Below the pieces are notes generated by a model. That model was not told the origin of the DNA. It worked only from the letters and a program-made list of their open reading frames with translations, and ran no database searches. This document shows positions 25,400 to 35,495 of a stretch of DNA of 42,152 nucleotides, one piece after another. The translations under genes and the position numbers were made by a program. The stretch spans positions 1-42,152 of the forward strand of contig CALMXT010000154.1 of NCBI GenBank assembly GCA_937871125.1, read 5' to 3'. How positions within the stretch are numbered: the stretch's first letter is position 1; the number at the start of each line of letters is the position of its first letter. This stretch comes from an uncultured Zoogloea sp. GTDB taxonomy: Bacteria; Pseudomonadota; Gammaproteobacteria; Burkholderiales; Rhodocyclaceae.

Positions 25400-26560
25400 A
25401 TGCCCCGTTTTCCCGCTCCTGTCGTTTCCCGCCTGCCTGCCGTGGGCACCACCATCTTCACGACCATGTCGCGTCTGGCCCAGGAGTGCGGTGCGATCAA
25501 TCTGTCGCAGGGATTTCCGGATTTCAGTGCCGAGGACGTGCTTTTCGAGCGGGTCGCCCACTGGATGCGCGCCGGCCACAACCAGTATGCGCCGATGGCC
25601 GGCGTGCCGGCCTTGCGGGAGGCCATCGCCGCCAAGGTGCGGGCGCTGTATGGCGCGGAATACGATCCGGAATTCGAAATCACCGTTACTGCCGGCGCAA
25701 CCCAGGCGCTGTTTACTGCGGTGGCGGCGCTGGTGCATCCGGGCGACGAGGTGATCGTCTTCGAGCCGGTCTACGATTCCTACGTGCCGGCCATCGAGTT
25801 GCAGGGCGGCCGTGTGCGCCGCGCCCGGCTGGCGGCGCCGGATTACCGGCCCGACTGGCAGGCGGTGCGGGCCTTGGTGACGCCGCAGACGCGCATGATC
25901 ATGATCAACACGCCCCACAATCCGAGCGGCACGGTGTGGACGGCGGCCGATCTGGCCGAACTGGCGGCGATCACCGCCGGCACCGGCATCGTCGTGGTGG
26001 CGGACGAGGTCTATGAGCACATCGTCTTCGATGGTCTGCGTCACGAGAGCGTGGCCCGCTACGTCGATCTGGCGGCGCGCAGCGTGATCGTCTCGAGCTT
26101 CGGCAAGACCTACCACGTGACCGGCTGGAAGGTGGGCTATGTGCTGGCGCCGCGGGAGTTGATGGCCGAGTTCCGCAAGGTGCATCAGTTCAACGTGTTC
26201 ACCGTGAATACGCCGGTGCAGCTGGCGATCGCCGACTATATGGCCGATGCCTCGCGTCACCTGGGGCTGGCAGGGTTTTACCAAGCCAAGCGCGACGCTT
26301 TCAGGGCCGGGCTGGCGAGCACGCGCTTCGAGCTCTTGCCCTGTACCGGAACCTATTTCCAGACGGCCCGTTACGGGGCCATTTCGGATCTGCCGGACAC
26401 CGAATTTGTCGAATGGCTGACCCGCGTGGTGGGCGTGGCGGCGATTCCGCTGTCGGCTTTTTTCGGCGACGGACGCGACGAACGGGTCATCCGCTTCTGC
26501 TTTGCCAAACGCGACGAGACGCTGGCGGCGGCCTTCGAGCGGCTCGAACGCTTCTGCTAA
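25400..26560 (+). CDS. ybdL: PLP-dependent methionine aminotransferase (YbdL family)
   Basis: SRLPAVGTTIFTTMS, AINLSQGFPDF, NQYAPMAG, NTPHNPSG, DEVYEH, SFGKTYHVTGWKVGY, IRFCFAK; 386 aa from ATG 25400. Confidence 0.9.
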   Translation: MPRFPAPVVSRLPAVGTTIFTTMSRLAQECGAINLSQGFPDFSAEDVLFERVAHWMRAGHNQYAPMAGVPALREAIAAKVRALYGAEYDPEFEITVTAGATQALFTAVAALVHPGDEVIVFEPVYDSYVPAIELQGGRVRRARLAAPDYRPDWQAVRALVTPQTRMIMINTPHNPSGTVWTAADLAELAAITAGTGIVVVADEVYEHIVFDGLRHESVARYVDLAARSVIVSSFGKTYHVTGWKVGYVLAPRELMAEFRKVHQFNVFTVNTPVQLAIADYMADASRHLGLAGFYQAKRDAFRAGLASTRFELLPCTGTYFQTARYGAISDLPDTEFVEWLTRVVGVAAIPLSAFFGDGRDERVIRFCFAKRDETLAAAFERLERFC

Positions 26561-26590
26561 ACTGGTCCGGATATTTCTGGAGCCAAGCTC

Positions 26591-26854
26591 GTGCGCAATC
26601 TTCTTCTGTTCGTTCTGTTCCTGATCGGCCTTTTCTATGCGCGGCGTGCGCTGCGCCGGATGGGCGGCAACGATCGTCCGTCGGCCGGCGAGGGGTCGGG
26701 CGGGCGGCGGGAGCGTGAAGCGTCGACGCCGGAGATCGAGCAGATGGTGGCCTGCGCCCATTGCGGTCTGCATGTGCCGGAAAGCGAAAGCGTGCGCTCT
26801 GCGGGTGAGTTCTTCTGCTCCGAAGAGCACCGCCGCCTCGGCGTGCGCAGGTGA
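26591..26854 (+). CDS. PP0621 family small membrane-anchored Cys/His protein commonly found upstream of pilS
   Basis: N-terminal TM segment; MVACAHCGLHVPESE...FFCSEEH; GTGA overlap with pilS. Confidence 0.8.
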   Translation: MRNLLLFVLFLIGLFYARRALRRMGGNDRPSAGEGSGGRREREASTPEIEQMVACAHCGLHVPESESVRSAGEFFCSEEHRRLGVRR

Positions 26855-28434
26855 CATCCACGCGCCAGACGCTTGCCGACCCGGCATTCTCAGACGCGGA
26901 GGGCCGGGCGGAGCCGCTGCGCTACCTCAATCTCTTCCGTCTGGTGCTGGCTGGCCTGTTTCTGGTGGCCGGGCCGGCGCTCAATCTGGGGGGCGACTCT
27001 CCGACGATTTTTTTCGGTGCGTCCTTCGCCTACCTCGCCGCGGTGTTGATCCTCGGTTTTCCCGATGCGGAAAGGCTGCTGGGCCGGAGTCGGCTGATCA
27101 CGCTTCAGGTGCTGGTCGATGTCACCCTGCTGACGCTCATCATGTGGGCCAGCGGCGGCTATCGCAGCGGGATGCCGATCCTGATCCTGATCGCGCTGGC
27201 GGGCGCCGGCCTGGTCGGTCAGGGGCGGATGGTGCTGTTCTATGCGGCCTACGCGACCCTGGCCGTGCTCCTCGAAAATGCCTTCCGGCTGCTCTCCGGG
27301 CGGGCGACAGTGGATTTTTTCACCGTCGGGATCACCTGCATCGGCTTTTTTGCCATCGCCCAGGTGGCCCGCCTGCTGGCGCTGCGCGCCTTGGCCAACG
27401 AGGATCTGGCGCGTCAGCGGGGGGCCGATCTGGCCAGCCAGTTGCGGCTGAATCGCCAGATCATCCAGGACATGCAGGACGGGGTGCTGGTGGTCGGCGA
27501 TGGCGGGGTGGTGCGGCGCTTCAATCCCCAGGCGGTGGCGTTGCTGGGCGCAGGTCTGCGCGAGGGCGGACGGCTGGTCGATTTTGCTCCGGCGCTTGAA
27601 CGGGAGCTGCGGCGTCGCACCGAGCAGGGCGATTCGGCCCATAGTCTGCGCGCCGACGCCAGCGGCAAGATGCTGCTGGCGCGCTTCCTGCCCGCTGGCG
27701 AAGCCAACGAAACCCTGGTTTATCTCGAAGACTTCGACCGCATCCACAACCAGATCCAACAGGCCAAGCTGGCGGCGCTCGGACGCCTGACGGCGAGTAT
27801 CGCCCACGAGATCCGCAACCCGTTGGCCTCCGTCTATCAGGCGGCCGAGTTGCTGCTCGACGAAAAACGGAGCGAAATGCAGGCCCGTCTGATCCGCATC
27901 ATCGGCAACAACGCCCAGCGTATCGACCGTCTCGTCGCCGATGTGCTGGCTCTCGGGCGGCGCGACGAGGCGCTGCCGGAAGCGCTGCCGCTGGAGAGTT
28001 TCGTCGGGGAGTTTCTGGACGAGTTTGCGCTGACTGACGGATTGGGGAATCCGGGCGTGGTGGTCAACAGGGTGCCGCCCGGCCTCGAGATGGCTATGGA
28101 TCGCACCCATCTGCGGCAAATTTTGTGGAATCTGGTCGGCAATGCCCGTCGGCATTGCAGCGGCGGGCCGGGTGCGGTAAAAATCGATGCTGCACTGCGC
28201 GATGACGGTCGGGTAGCGCTGGATGTGTCCGATGACGGGCCGGGAATTCCGGAGGGTCTGCGGACCCAGGTTTTTGAACCCTTCTTTACCACCCACTCGA
28301 AAGGAACCGGTCTTGGGCTTTATATTTCCCGCGAGTTGGCCGAGGCCAACGGTGCGGTGCTCGAACTGTGCGCGACGGCGTCGCCCGGTTTGCCTGGAGC
28401 CCATTTCCGACTCATCGGACGCGTCAAACCATGA
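26851..28434 (+). CDS. pilS: Type IV pilus two-component sensor kinase
   Basis: Multi-TM N-terminus (YLNLFRL, ASGGYRSG), KLAALGRLTASIAHEIRNPL, QILWNLVGNA, FEPFFTT, GTGLGLY. Confidence 0.88.
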   Translation: MTSTRQTLADPAFSDAEGRAEPLRYLNLFRLVLAGLFLVAGPALNLGGDSPTIFFGASFAYLAAVLILGFPDAERLLGRSRLITLQVLVDVTLLTLIMWASGGYRSGMPILILIALAGAGLVGQGRMVLFYAAYATLAVLLENAFRLLSGRATVDFFTVGITCIGFFAIAQVARLLALRALANEDLARQRGADLASQLRLNRQIIQDMQDGVLVVGDGGVVRRFNPQAVALLGAGLREGGRLVDFAPALERELRRRTEQGDSAHSLRADASGKMLLARFLPAGEANETLVYLEDFDRIHNQIQQAKLAALGRLTASIAHEIRNPLASVYQAAELLLDEKRSEMQARLIRIIGNNAQRIDRLVADVLALGRRDEALPEALPLESFVGEFLDEFALTDGLGNPGVVVNRVPPGLEMAMDRTHLRQILWNLVGNARRHCSGGPGAVKIDAALRDDGRVALDVSDDGPGIPEGLRTQVFEPFFTTHSKGTGLGLYISRELAEANGAVLELCATASPGLPGAHFRLIGRVKP

Positions 28435-29819
28435 CCCAGATTGAAAGGCGGGCTCGCTCCAGCGGCCCAGACGTGCTCATCGTCGACGACGAAGACGATA
28501 TCCGCGAACTGCTCGAATTGACGCTCCTGCGCCTGGGCCTGGCCAGCGACGGTGCGGCGACCCTTGCGGAGGCCCGCCAGTTGCTCGGCGAGAGACGTTA
28601 CCGCCTGTGCCTGACCGACATGCGGCTGCCCGATGGCGACGGCTTGGAACTGGTGCGCTACATCTCCGAAAACGTGCGCGATCTGCCGGTCGCGGTGATC
28701 ACGGCCTTTGGCAGCATGGACAACGCGGTGACCGCGCTCAAGGCCGGGGCCTTCGATTACCTTTCCAAGCCGGTTTCCATCGAACAACTGCGGGCATTGG
28801 TGAAGTCGGTGTTTTCGGTGAATGCGAAGGACGACGAGGACCGCGGCGGCAAGGACAACTCCAGCCTGACCGGCGAATCCCCGGCCATGCAGCAAGTTCG
28901 TTTGCTGATCGGAAAACTGGCCCGCAGTCAGGCGCCCGTGTTCATTTCCGGCGAGTCGGGCAGTGGCAAGGAGCGGGCGGCGCGGATGATCCACGATCTC
29001 GGTCCCCGGGCCGCGGCGCCCTTCGTTGCGGTCAATTGCGGGGCGATTCCCGAAAATCTGATGGAGAGCGAGTTCTTCGGCGCAAAGAAAGGGGCTTTCA
29101 CGGGCGCCGATTGCGACCGGCAGGGTTTTTTCCAGGCAGCCCACGGCGGTACGCTGTTTCTCGACGAGGTGGGCGATTTGCCGCTGCCGATGCAGGTGAA
29201 GCTGCTGCGGGTCATCCAGGAGAAGAAGTTCCGCCGCCTTGGCGACACCGTGGAAACGGCGGTGGACGTGCGCATCCTCAGCGCCACCCACCAGAACCTG
29301 AAGGCGATGGTCGACGCAGCCCGTTTTCGCCAGGATCTGTTCTACCGCCTCAATGTCATCGAATTGCGCATGCCGGCTTTGCGGGAGCGCAGCGAGGACA
29401 TTCCCCAGTTGGCCGAAATCCTGCTGGCGCGGCTGGCGGAGTCGTCCGGTCTGCCGGCGGCGCATCTGAGCGCCAGTGCGTTGAAGGCGCTCAAGGCCTA
29501 TGCTTTTCCTGGAAACGTGCGCGAGCTTGAGAACATTCTCGAGCGGGCGCTGGCACTGTCGAGCGGTAATGCGATCGAGGCCGAGGATCTGCTCCTCAAC
29601 CCGGACGACATGGGCGAGGCCAACCTGTCGGCACCCGCTACGCCGGGCAAGGCCGACCTGCAGGACTATCTCGACGAGGTGGAGCGCCACGTGATCGCGG
29701 ACGCGCTTGAGAAAGCCGGCGGCAACCGCACCGCGGCGGCGCGTGCGCTGGGGGTGACTTTCCGCTCCCTGCGCTACCGCTTGGAGCGCCTGGGGATCAA
29801 GGAGCCGACGCGGGATTGA
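28431..29819 (+). CDS. pilR: Sigma54-dependent response regulator for pilin expression
   Basis: REC (VDDEDDIRELL, LTDMRLPDG), GESGSGKE, GAFTGA, C-terminal NRTAAARALGVTFRSLRYRL typical of PilR; ATGA overlap with pilS. Confidence 0.9.
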   Translation: MTQIERRARSSGPDVLIVDDEDDIRELLELTLLRLGLASDGAATLAEARQLLGERRYRLCLTDMRLPDGDGLELVRYISENVRDLPVAVITAFGSMDNAVTALKAGAFDYLSKPVSIEQLRALVKSVFSVNAKDDEDRGGKDNSSLTGESPAMQQVRLLIGKLARSQAPVFISGESGSGKERAARMIHDLGPRAAAPFVAVNCGAIPENLMESEFFGAKKGAFTGADCDRQGFFQAAHGGTLFLDEVGDLPLPMQVKLLRVIQEKKFRRLGDTVETAVDVRILSATHQNLKAMVDAARFRQDLFYRLNVIELRMPALRERSEDIPQLAEILLARLAESSGLPAAHLSASALKALKAYAFPGNVRELENILERALALSSGNAIEAEDLLLNPDDMGEANLSAPATPGKADLQDYLDEVERHVIADALEKAGGNRTAAARALGVTFRSLRYRLERLGIKEPTRD

Positions 29820-32800
29820 GGGGGATTGCCGCCGGATATGACCCGGCGATTTCGGCCTGGCGGCGGGCTTCGTCTTCGAGCAGTGCGCCGATTTCATCCG
29901 CCGGCATCGGTCGTGCAAACAGGAAGCCTTGCATGATCCGGCATTGACGTTCGAGCAGGAAATCCCGCTGGGCTTCGTTTTCCACGCCTTCGGCAACCAC
30001 CGCGAGGCCGAGGTCGCGGGCGATGGACAAGGTTGCGGCGGCAATCGCGGCGTCCTCGGTGTCGCCGGGCAGGTCGCGGACGAACGAGCGGTCGATTTTA
30101 AGGTGCGTGAGGGGCAGACGCTTCAGGTATGAAAGGCTGGAGTAGCCGGTGCCGAAGTCGTCGAGGGCGAGGCCGACGCCCATGTTGCGCAGGCTGACAA
30201 GCTGTGTCTCCGTTTCGGGGCTCGGTTGCATCAGCGCACTCTCGGTCAGTTCCAGTTCCAGGTACTCGGGGCTCGCACTGCTTTCGGCGATGATCTCGCG
30301 TACCCGTTCAAGGAAGCCCTGCTTGCGGAACTGCAGGGCCGAGATGTTGATTGCGACGCGCAGCGGTGGATGCCCCGCGGCTCGCCAGGCGGCCTGCTGG
30401 CGGCAGGCCTCGCGCAGCACCCAGTCGCCGATGGCATGGATGGTGCCGCTCTCTTCGGCAACCGGAATGAACTCGGCCGGCGAGATGCTGCCGCGCTCCG
30501 GATGATGCCAGCGGACCAGTGCTTCGACGCCGACCAGGCGTTGAGCCGGCATCTCCCACTGGGCTTGGTATTCGAGCGTCAGTTCGTTGCGCTCGATGGC
30601 GCGTCGCAGGGCGTTTTCGAGTTTGAGGCGGGCGTAGGCGCGGCTGTTCATGTCCGGCGTGAAGAAGCGGAAGTCGTTGCGGCCCGCGTTCTTTGCGTCG
30701 TACATGGCGGTATCGGCGTGTTTGAGCAGCAGATCGATGTCGGCGCCGTTGCCGGGGTAGAGGGCGATGCCGACGCTGGTGGTGATGATCAGCTCGTGGG
30801 TGTCGATCTGGAACGGTGCGGTCAGGCTGGTAATGAGCTTGTCGGCGACGATGGCGGCATCGTGGGGGCGGGTGAGCCGGGGCAGGAGTACGACGAATTC
30901 GTCGCCGCCCAGGCGGGCCAGCACGTCTTCGTCGCGCAGACAGCCTGCGAGACGTTTGGCGACGCTCGCCAGGAGACGGTCGCCGGTCGGGTGGCCGAGG
31001 GTGTCGTTGATGGTCTTGAAGTTGTCCAGATCGAGAAAGAGCACGCCCAGCCGCAGTTGATGGCGTCGTGCGGCGGCGAGCGCCTGCTCGGCGCGATTGA
31101 GCCACAGGCTGCGGTTGGGAAGGCCGGTCAGGGTGTCGTAATGGGCCAGGTAGTGGATATGCGCTTCGGTGGCACGGCTGGCGGTGACGTCCTGCACCGT
31201 TCCGCGCAGGATCGGGCCGTCCGGACTGGGAGTGGCTTCGATGGTGAAATGCAGGATCCGGCAGGCATCGCCGGTTGCGGGCAGACGGACGTCGAGGCTC
31301 ACGCCGTTCTGGCCGTTTTCGACATCCGACAGGGCGCGCTGCAGACGTGCGCGGTCGTCCGGGTGTACGGCCGCGAGCAGTTCGGTCAGATTGCCTTCGT
31401 GGGTTGGCGCAATGCCCATGATGCGATACAGCTCGGCTGACCAGTGGCCTTCGCCGGAGGTCGGTTTGGCTTCCCAGCTGCCGAGCCGTGCGATTCGTTC
31501 GGCGTGGGTCAGGATGGCCTGTTGGTCGCTTAGGCGCCGGCCGGCCTCTGCCAGTTCGCCCGTCCGCAGCGCGACCAGTTCTTCGATGCGTCGGGCGCGT
31601 CCCGTGGTGGCAAGCAGGAAGGCGCCGAGCATGCCGGTCGACAGAAAGCCGATGACGATCAGCGTCCAGGATTCCCAACCGCGGTTGAGGGTGGCGAAAG
31701 TGGGATTGGGCACGAAGTTCAACTGCCAGGTACGCCCGGCAAAATCGAAGCTCTCCTGCCAGGGGACGACGCCGGCCGGGCCCGGCCCGCCGGCTGAATC
31801 GCAGCTGGCGTGGCCCGCGAGCTGTTTGGTGTCGGTGCTGCTGGGCGTGATGTCGGCCAGGCAGTAGTCGATGCCGGGCATGCCGTTCGCTTCGAGGAGG
31901 CCATTGACCGCGTCATCGATGCGCAAGGCTACGAAAACCAGTCCGTCGGGGGCGGCGGAGGTGCCTTTTCCGGGGGGTAGGGTGCGTTGATAGATCACGA
32001 CCCCAAGCTTGTGTCCGGTTTCCTGGGTGAGTTCAAAGGCTCGGGTTGCGGCGGCCCGGCCATCGGCGATGGTTCTTGCAATGGCCTCGGCGGAATCCGG
32101 AACGGACAAGACATTGATGCCGAGAGCCCGGCGGTTGTGTTCGAGGGGCGCGATGTGACGGATCGCGTAGTACTCGGTGCGGCGGGAGAGTGGGACCAAC
32201 TGGTTGTTCGCATCGCGGTCGACGACCCGGAAGTCGCGGGTTGCCGGTGTGGCGCGGGCATTCTGCTCCAGTTCGGCAAGCCGGTCATGGGGCGTGCGCT
32301 GTATCCAGCCGATCGCCTGCAGCCCCCCGAATCGCGACAGCCAGGTGGCGGCGAAGTCCTCGAAGTGGTCGTGATCGAGCGCGGGAGCGGCGACCATGAC
32401 CCGTTCTGCGGACTGGAGCACGCCGAGGTAGTCGGACAGCCGCGTCCGCACGAGGCTCGCAAGGTGGCTGGCGTCCCGTTCGAAGCGCGACTGGAGGCGT
32501 TGCCGCTCCCATTTGCCGACCTGAACTTCCAGTCCGATCAGAAGGATCAGGGCGATCGACATCGGCAAGGCGATCGCCCAGCGGCGCGGCTCCCAGTCAT
32601 TGCGGGGAATGCCGATGAAGGCGAATGTGAGCGGCGTAGCGATGAGGACGCCCATGGCGTCTCCAGCCCACCAGTTCCACCAACTGAAACTGACTTCGCC
32701 GGGCGGAAGGAAGCCGGACAGCGCCAAGGCGCCGACGCCGATGCTGGAGCCGATCAGCCCGCTCATCGGGGCGACCACGAAGAGAAGGCGCAGGATGGCG

Positions 32801-33147
32801 CCTCCGCTATCGAGTGCATTGGGAAAACCGACCCAGCGGAGCGCCAGGGCGCGGCCGGTCAAGGCCTGCAGCACGGCCCCGACCGCAACGCATCCTGGAA
32901 TGATCCAATCCCATCCACCGAGGCCGCTGCGCATGACGGCTTCGGCGTTGGTGATCAGCGAGCCGATCAATATTGCCGGCCAGATGCGGGGACCGTAGAT
33001 CAGCACGCCCGCGAGGGCGATTCCCGCGGCCGGAAAGAGCGGGGCGACGTAACCGGGTGGGATCGCGATGTGCAGGGCGACCAGGCCACAAACGGCGTAG
33101 GCGACGGTGATTCCAAGGAGAGTACGGATGCGGAGGGCAGGGTGCAT
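29797..33147 (-). CDS. MASE1-CHASE-PAS-GGDEF-EAL c-di-GMP enzyme
   Basis: MASE1 (APLFPAAGIALA, WWAGDAMG), CHASE (IAPLEHNRRALG, FELTQE), PAS (LGSWE), RDED I-site plus GGDEF, EALVRW, DDFGTGYSS; 3' end overlaps pilR by 23 nt. Confidence 0.92.
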   Translation of the reverse strand: MHPALRIRTLLGITVAYAVCGLVALHIAIPPGYVAPLFPAAGIALAGVLIYGPRIWPAILIGSLITNAEAVMRSGLGGWDWIIPGCVAVGAVLQALTGRALALRWVGFPNALDSGGAILRLLFVVAPMSGLIGSSIGVGALALSGFLPPGEVSFSWWNWWAGDAMGVLIATPLTFAFIGIPRNDWEPRRWAIALPMSIALILLIGLEVQVGKWERQRLQSRFERDASHLASLVRTRLSDYLGVLQSAERVMVAAPALDHDHFEDFAATWLSRFGGLQAIGWIQRTPHDRLAELEQNARATPATRDFRVVDRDANNQLVPLSRRTEYYAIRHIAPLEHNRRALGINVLSVPDSAEAIARTIADGRAAATRAFELTQETGHKLGVVIYQRTLPPGKGTSAAPDGLVFVALRIDDAVNGLLEANGMPGIDYCLADITPSSTDTKQLAGHASCDSAGGPGPAGVVPWQESFDFAGRTWQLNFVPNPTFATLNRGWESWTLIVIGFLSTGMLGAFLLATTGRARRIEELVALRTGELAEAGRRLSDQQAILTHAERIARLGSWEAKPTSGEGHWSAELYRIMGIAPTHEGNLTELLAAVHPDDRARLQRALSDVENGQNGVSLDVRLPATGDACRILHFTIEATPSPDGPILRGTVQDVTASRATEAHIHYLAHYDTLTGLPNRSLWLNRAEQALAAARRHQLRLGVLFLDLDNFKTINDTLGHPTGDRLLASVAKRLAGCLRDEDVLARLGGDEFVVLLPRLTRPHDAAIVADKLITSLTAPFQIDTHELIITTSVGIALYPGNGADIDLLLKHADTAMYDAKNAGRNDFRFFTPDMNSRAYARLKLENALRRAIERNELTLEYQAQWEMPAQRLVGVEALVRWHHPERGSISPAEFIPVAEESGTIHAIGDWVLREACRQQAAWRAAGHPPLRVAINISALQFRKQGFLERVREIIAESSASPEYLELELTESALMQPSPETETQLVSLRNMGVGLALDDFGTGYSSLSYLKRLPLTHLKIDRSFVRDLPGDTEDAAIAAATLSIARDLGLAVVAEGVENEAQRDFLLERQCRIMQGFLFARPMPADEIGALLEDEARRQAEIAGSYPAAIPLNPASAP

Positions 33148-34027
33148 CGCGGGCAGGGAAAGAGCCGGGAACCGGTTTTTTGCAAAATTCGGCCAATTGT
33201 ATCGCTATGGGACGGGCGCTTATGGCGATTTGGTTGGCGTGCTCGTCTTCATGAGCGGATTGTCATCTTTGGCCGCTCATGTTTGCTGCGGTGCGGTAGT
33301 ATTCCGTCCCCGTCTCTTTGGCGTGTTTGCGTCGGGAACTACCGGGCGCCGTCGTACCGCCGCGCGGTGATTTTCTTGCTATGGTTTCAAGGACGATTCA
33401 GACGACTTTGCAGTGCTGGCGCGGTGTGGCGGTTGCCAGCGATCTGTCGGTCCGATGGGGTATCGATGATGATGAGGTGGGAAATAGTTGTTTGTTCGAA
33501 TGCTTTGAGCAGGCACTCTGCATTTCGGGAGACGGCCGGTTTGTCAGGCTTTCCGGCCATTAGCCTTCCGGTCGAACTATCAAACTTTGTGGCAGACGCT
33601 GCTGGAATTATTTTGCGGCTTAGGACAATATAATATCCGATGCCTACTGTCTTGCAGGCGTCTCGCCCGCCGCGGGAAGTGCTCGGCCCATGTGGCGGCT
33701 CAGTTTGCACCCTTCATGTCGCCTGGGTTTTGTTCAAGGCGTGTCGAAGACGGCTCCCTTACGCCGTCCACCGGCTTGTCCGGTGGGGGAGATGTCATTT
33801 TCCTTGTGACGGGTATCACGGGCACCGGGAGCCATTGGCGTTATTGTTCGCCCACACGCTTCTTCACGCATTTTGCAAATTGGCGGTGCATAATCGGCGG
33901 TTGCCGGCAGTCAGACTCGGCTGAGGATGGCGCGCGGATTTTTGTGGGGCGCACGCGTGGTTCTGCGCTTCGTTGGCGGATCTCATTTGCATGGGCGGTC
34001 GTTTCGAAAGATCGACCGAAGCTCGGA

Positions 34028-35413
34028 ATGCTCAAACTTTTCAATCATTACGTACCGTCAAACACGATTCTGCAACTGGTTTTCGATGCAATGTTGCTGT
34101 TTGTTGCGGTCGTCGTTGTATTTGTGTTGCAGGCCCGGGTTGACGGGGCGCTTGTGGCCGCGGTGATTCCTTCAGCCTTCGTCTTCGCCGTCGCGATGAT
34201 GATCCTCAATGGCGCGCTCGGGCTTTATCGTCCGGGCTTCGGCGCCGATTTCCGCCAGACATTGCTGCGCATCGGCATGTCCATCGTACTGAGCGTTCCG
34301 GTGGCTTACGGTATATTCCAGGTTTTGCCGTGGGGCCATTTTGCTCACGATGCACTCGAACTGAATGTAATCGCCCTCCTTGGCTTTGTGGTCGCAGTCC
34401 GCGGTTTCACTGCCCGGCGTACGGGTGCAGGGGTTTTTGTGAAACGTATCATGGTAATCGGGACGGGGCCGGACGCTGCCGCTGTCGAGCATGCGCTGAC
34501 CCATCCGGCAAGTTCCAGTCTTCAGGTCGTCGGGTTTTATCCAGCGGTTTCGGGCGACGAAGTTCGGATTGATCCGAAGAAGATCATCCATTTCGACGGG
34601 AGCCTGCTTGCTGCGGCACATCACCTTCGCGTGAATGAAATCATCGTCGCGCTCAAGGAGCGGCGCGGTGGCGCTATTCCGCTGCGCGAACTGCTCGATT
34701 GCAAGATGGCCGGCATCAAGGTGCTCGATCTGTCGAGTTTCTTCGAGCGGGTTCGCGGCCAAGTCCGTATCGATTCACTGCGGGCGAGTTGGTTGATCTA
34801 TGGAGAAGGCTTCCGCCAAGGTTGGGGGCGGACTTTGGTCAAGCGCGCCTTCGACATCGTCGTCTCGCTCTTTCTTCTTGCGCTTGCAACGCCTGTGATG
34901 CTGCTGGCTGCGCTGATGATCGTAGTGGAAGATGGCGCGCCGGTTTTTTACCGTCAGGAGCGCGTGGGTCTGGGCGGACGTTTGTTCAAGGTCATCAAGT
35001 TCCGGAGCATGCGCCGGGATGCGGAGCGCGATGGCAAGCCGCGCTGGGCCAGCGCCAACGACGATCGCGTGACTCGGGTCGGACGTTTCATTCGAAAGGT
35101 GCGGATCGATGAGTTGCCGCAACTATTCAACGTCCTCAAGGGTGACATGAGTCTGGTCGGACCGCGTCCCGAGCGCCCCTTCTTCGTCGATCAACTGACC
35201 CGCGACATTCCCTTCTATGCGGTACGCCACTGCGTCAAGCCGGGTGTCACGGGCTGGGCTCAGGTTCGTTATCAGTACGGCTCGTCGGTTGACGACGCGA
35301 TCAACAAACTCCAGTACGATTTGTATTACGTCAAGAACCATACGCTTTTCCTGGATACGGTCGTCCTCTTCGAAACGGTGAGGGTTGTGCTTACCGGTGA
35401 GGGCGCACATTAG
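34028..35413 (+). CDS. PEP-CTERM/XrtA-system priming sugar transferase (polyprenyl-phosphate hexose-1-P transferase, TIGR03013-like)
   Basis: MLKLFNHY start, multi-TM N-terminus, KRAFDI, YRQERVG, KFRSM, RIDELPQL, MSLVGPRPER, VKPGVTGWAQV, YDLYYVKN; upstream of prsKRT. Confidence 0.9.
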   Translation: MLKLFNHYVPSNTILQLVFDAMLLFVAVVVVFVLQARVDGALVAAVIPSAFVFAVAMMILNGALGLYRPGFGADFRQTLLRIGMSIVLSVPVAYGIFQVLPWGHFAHDALELNVIALLGFVVAVRGFTARRTGAGVFVKRIMVIGTGPDAAAVEHALTHPASSSLQVVGFYPAVSGDEVRIDPKKIIHFDGSLLAAAHHLRVNEIIVALKERRGGAIPLRELLDCKMAGIKVLDLSSFFERVRGQVRIDSLRASWLIYGEGFRQGWGRTLVKRAFDIVVSLFLLALATPVMLLAALMIVVEDGAPVFYRQERVGLGGRLFKVIKFRSMRRDAERDGKPRWASANDDRVTRVGRFIRKVRIDELPQLFNVLKGDMSLVGPRPERPFFVDQLTRDIPFYAVRHCVKPGVTGWAQVRYQYGSSVDDAINKLQYDLYYVKNHTLFLDTVVLFETVRVVLTGEGAH

Positions 35414-35450
35414 GTTTCGCAGATGCTCCCTTCCTGAAGGGTTGCCGTCC

Positions 35451-35482
35451 GGACGCTCCCTAGTTAGGGGGCGTTTGTTTTT
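35451..35482 (+). terminator. Terminator-like hairpin between the sugar transferase and prsK
   Basis: Stem GGACGCTCCCT/AGGGGGCGTTT (with G-U pairs), loop AGTT, followed by GTTTTT. Confidence 0.45.
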
Positions 35483-35495
35483 CCGTTGAGGTTCG

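Noticed and set aside
29797-29819. 23-nt convergent overlap of pilR and the MASE1 gene as a special feature
   Set aside because: Short tail-to-tail overlaps are common and both C-termini are low-complexity tails.
33690-33995. Sigma54-like motifs upstream of the sugar transferase (TGGCGGCTCAGTTTGC; TGGCGGATCTCATTTGC)
   Set aside because: GG-to-GC spacing is 11 and 12 nt rather than the strict 10 nt.
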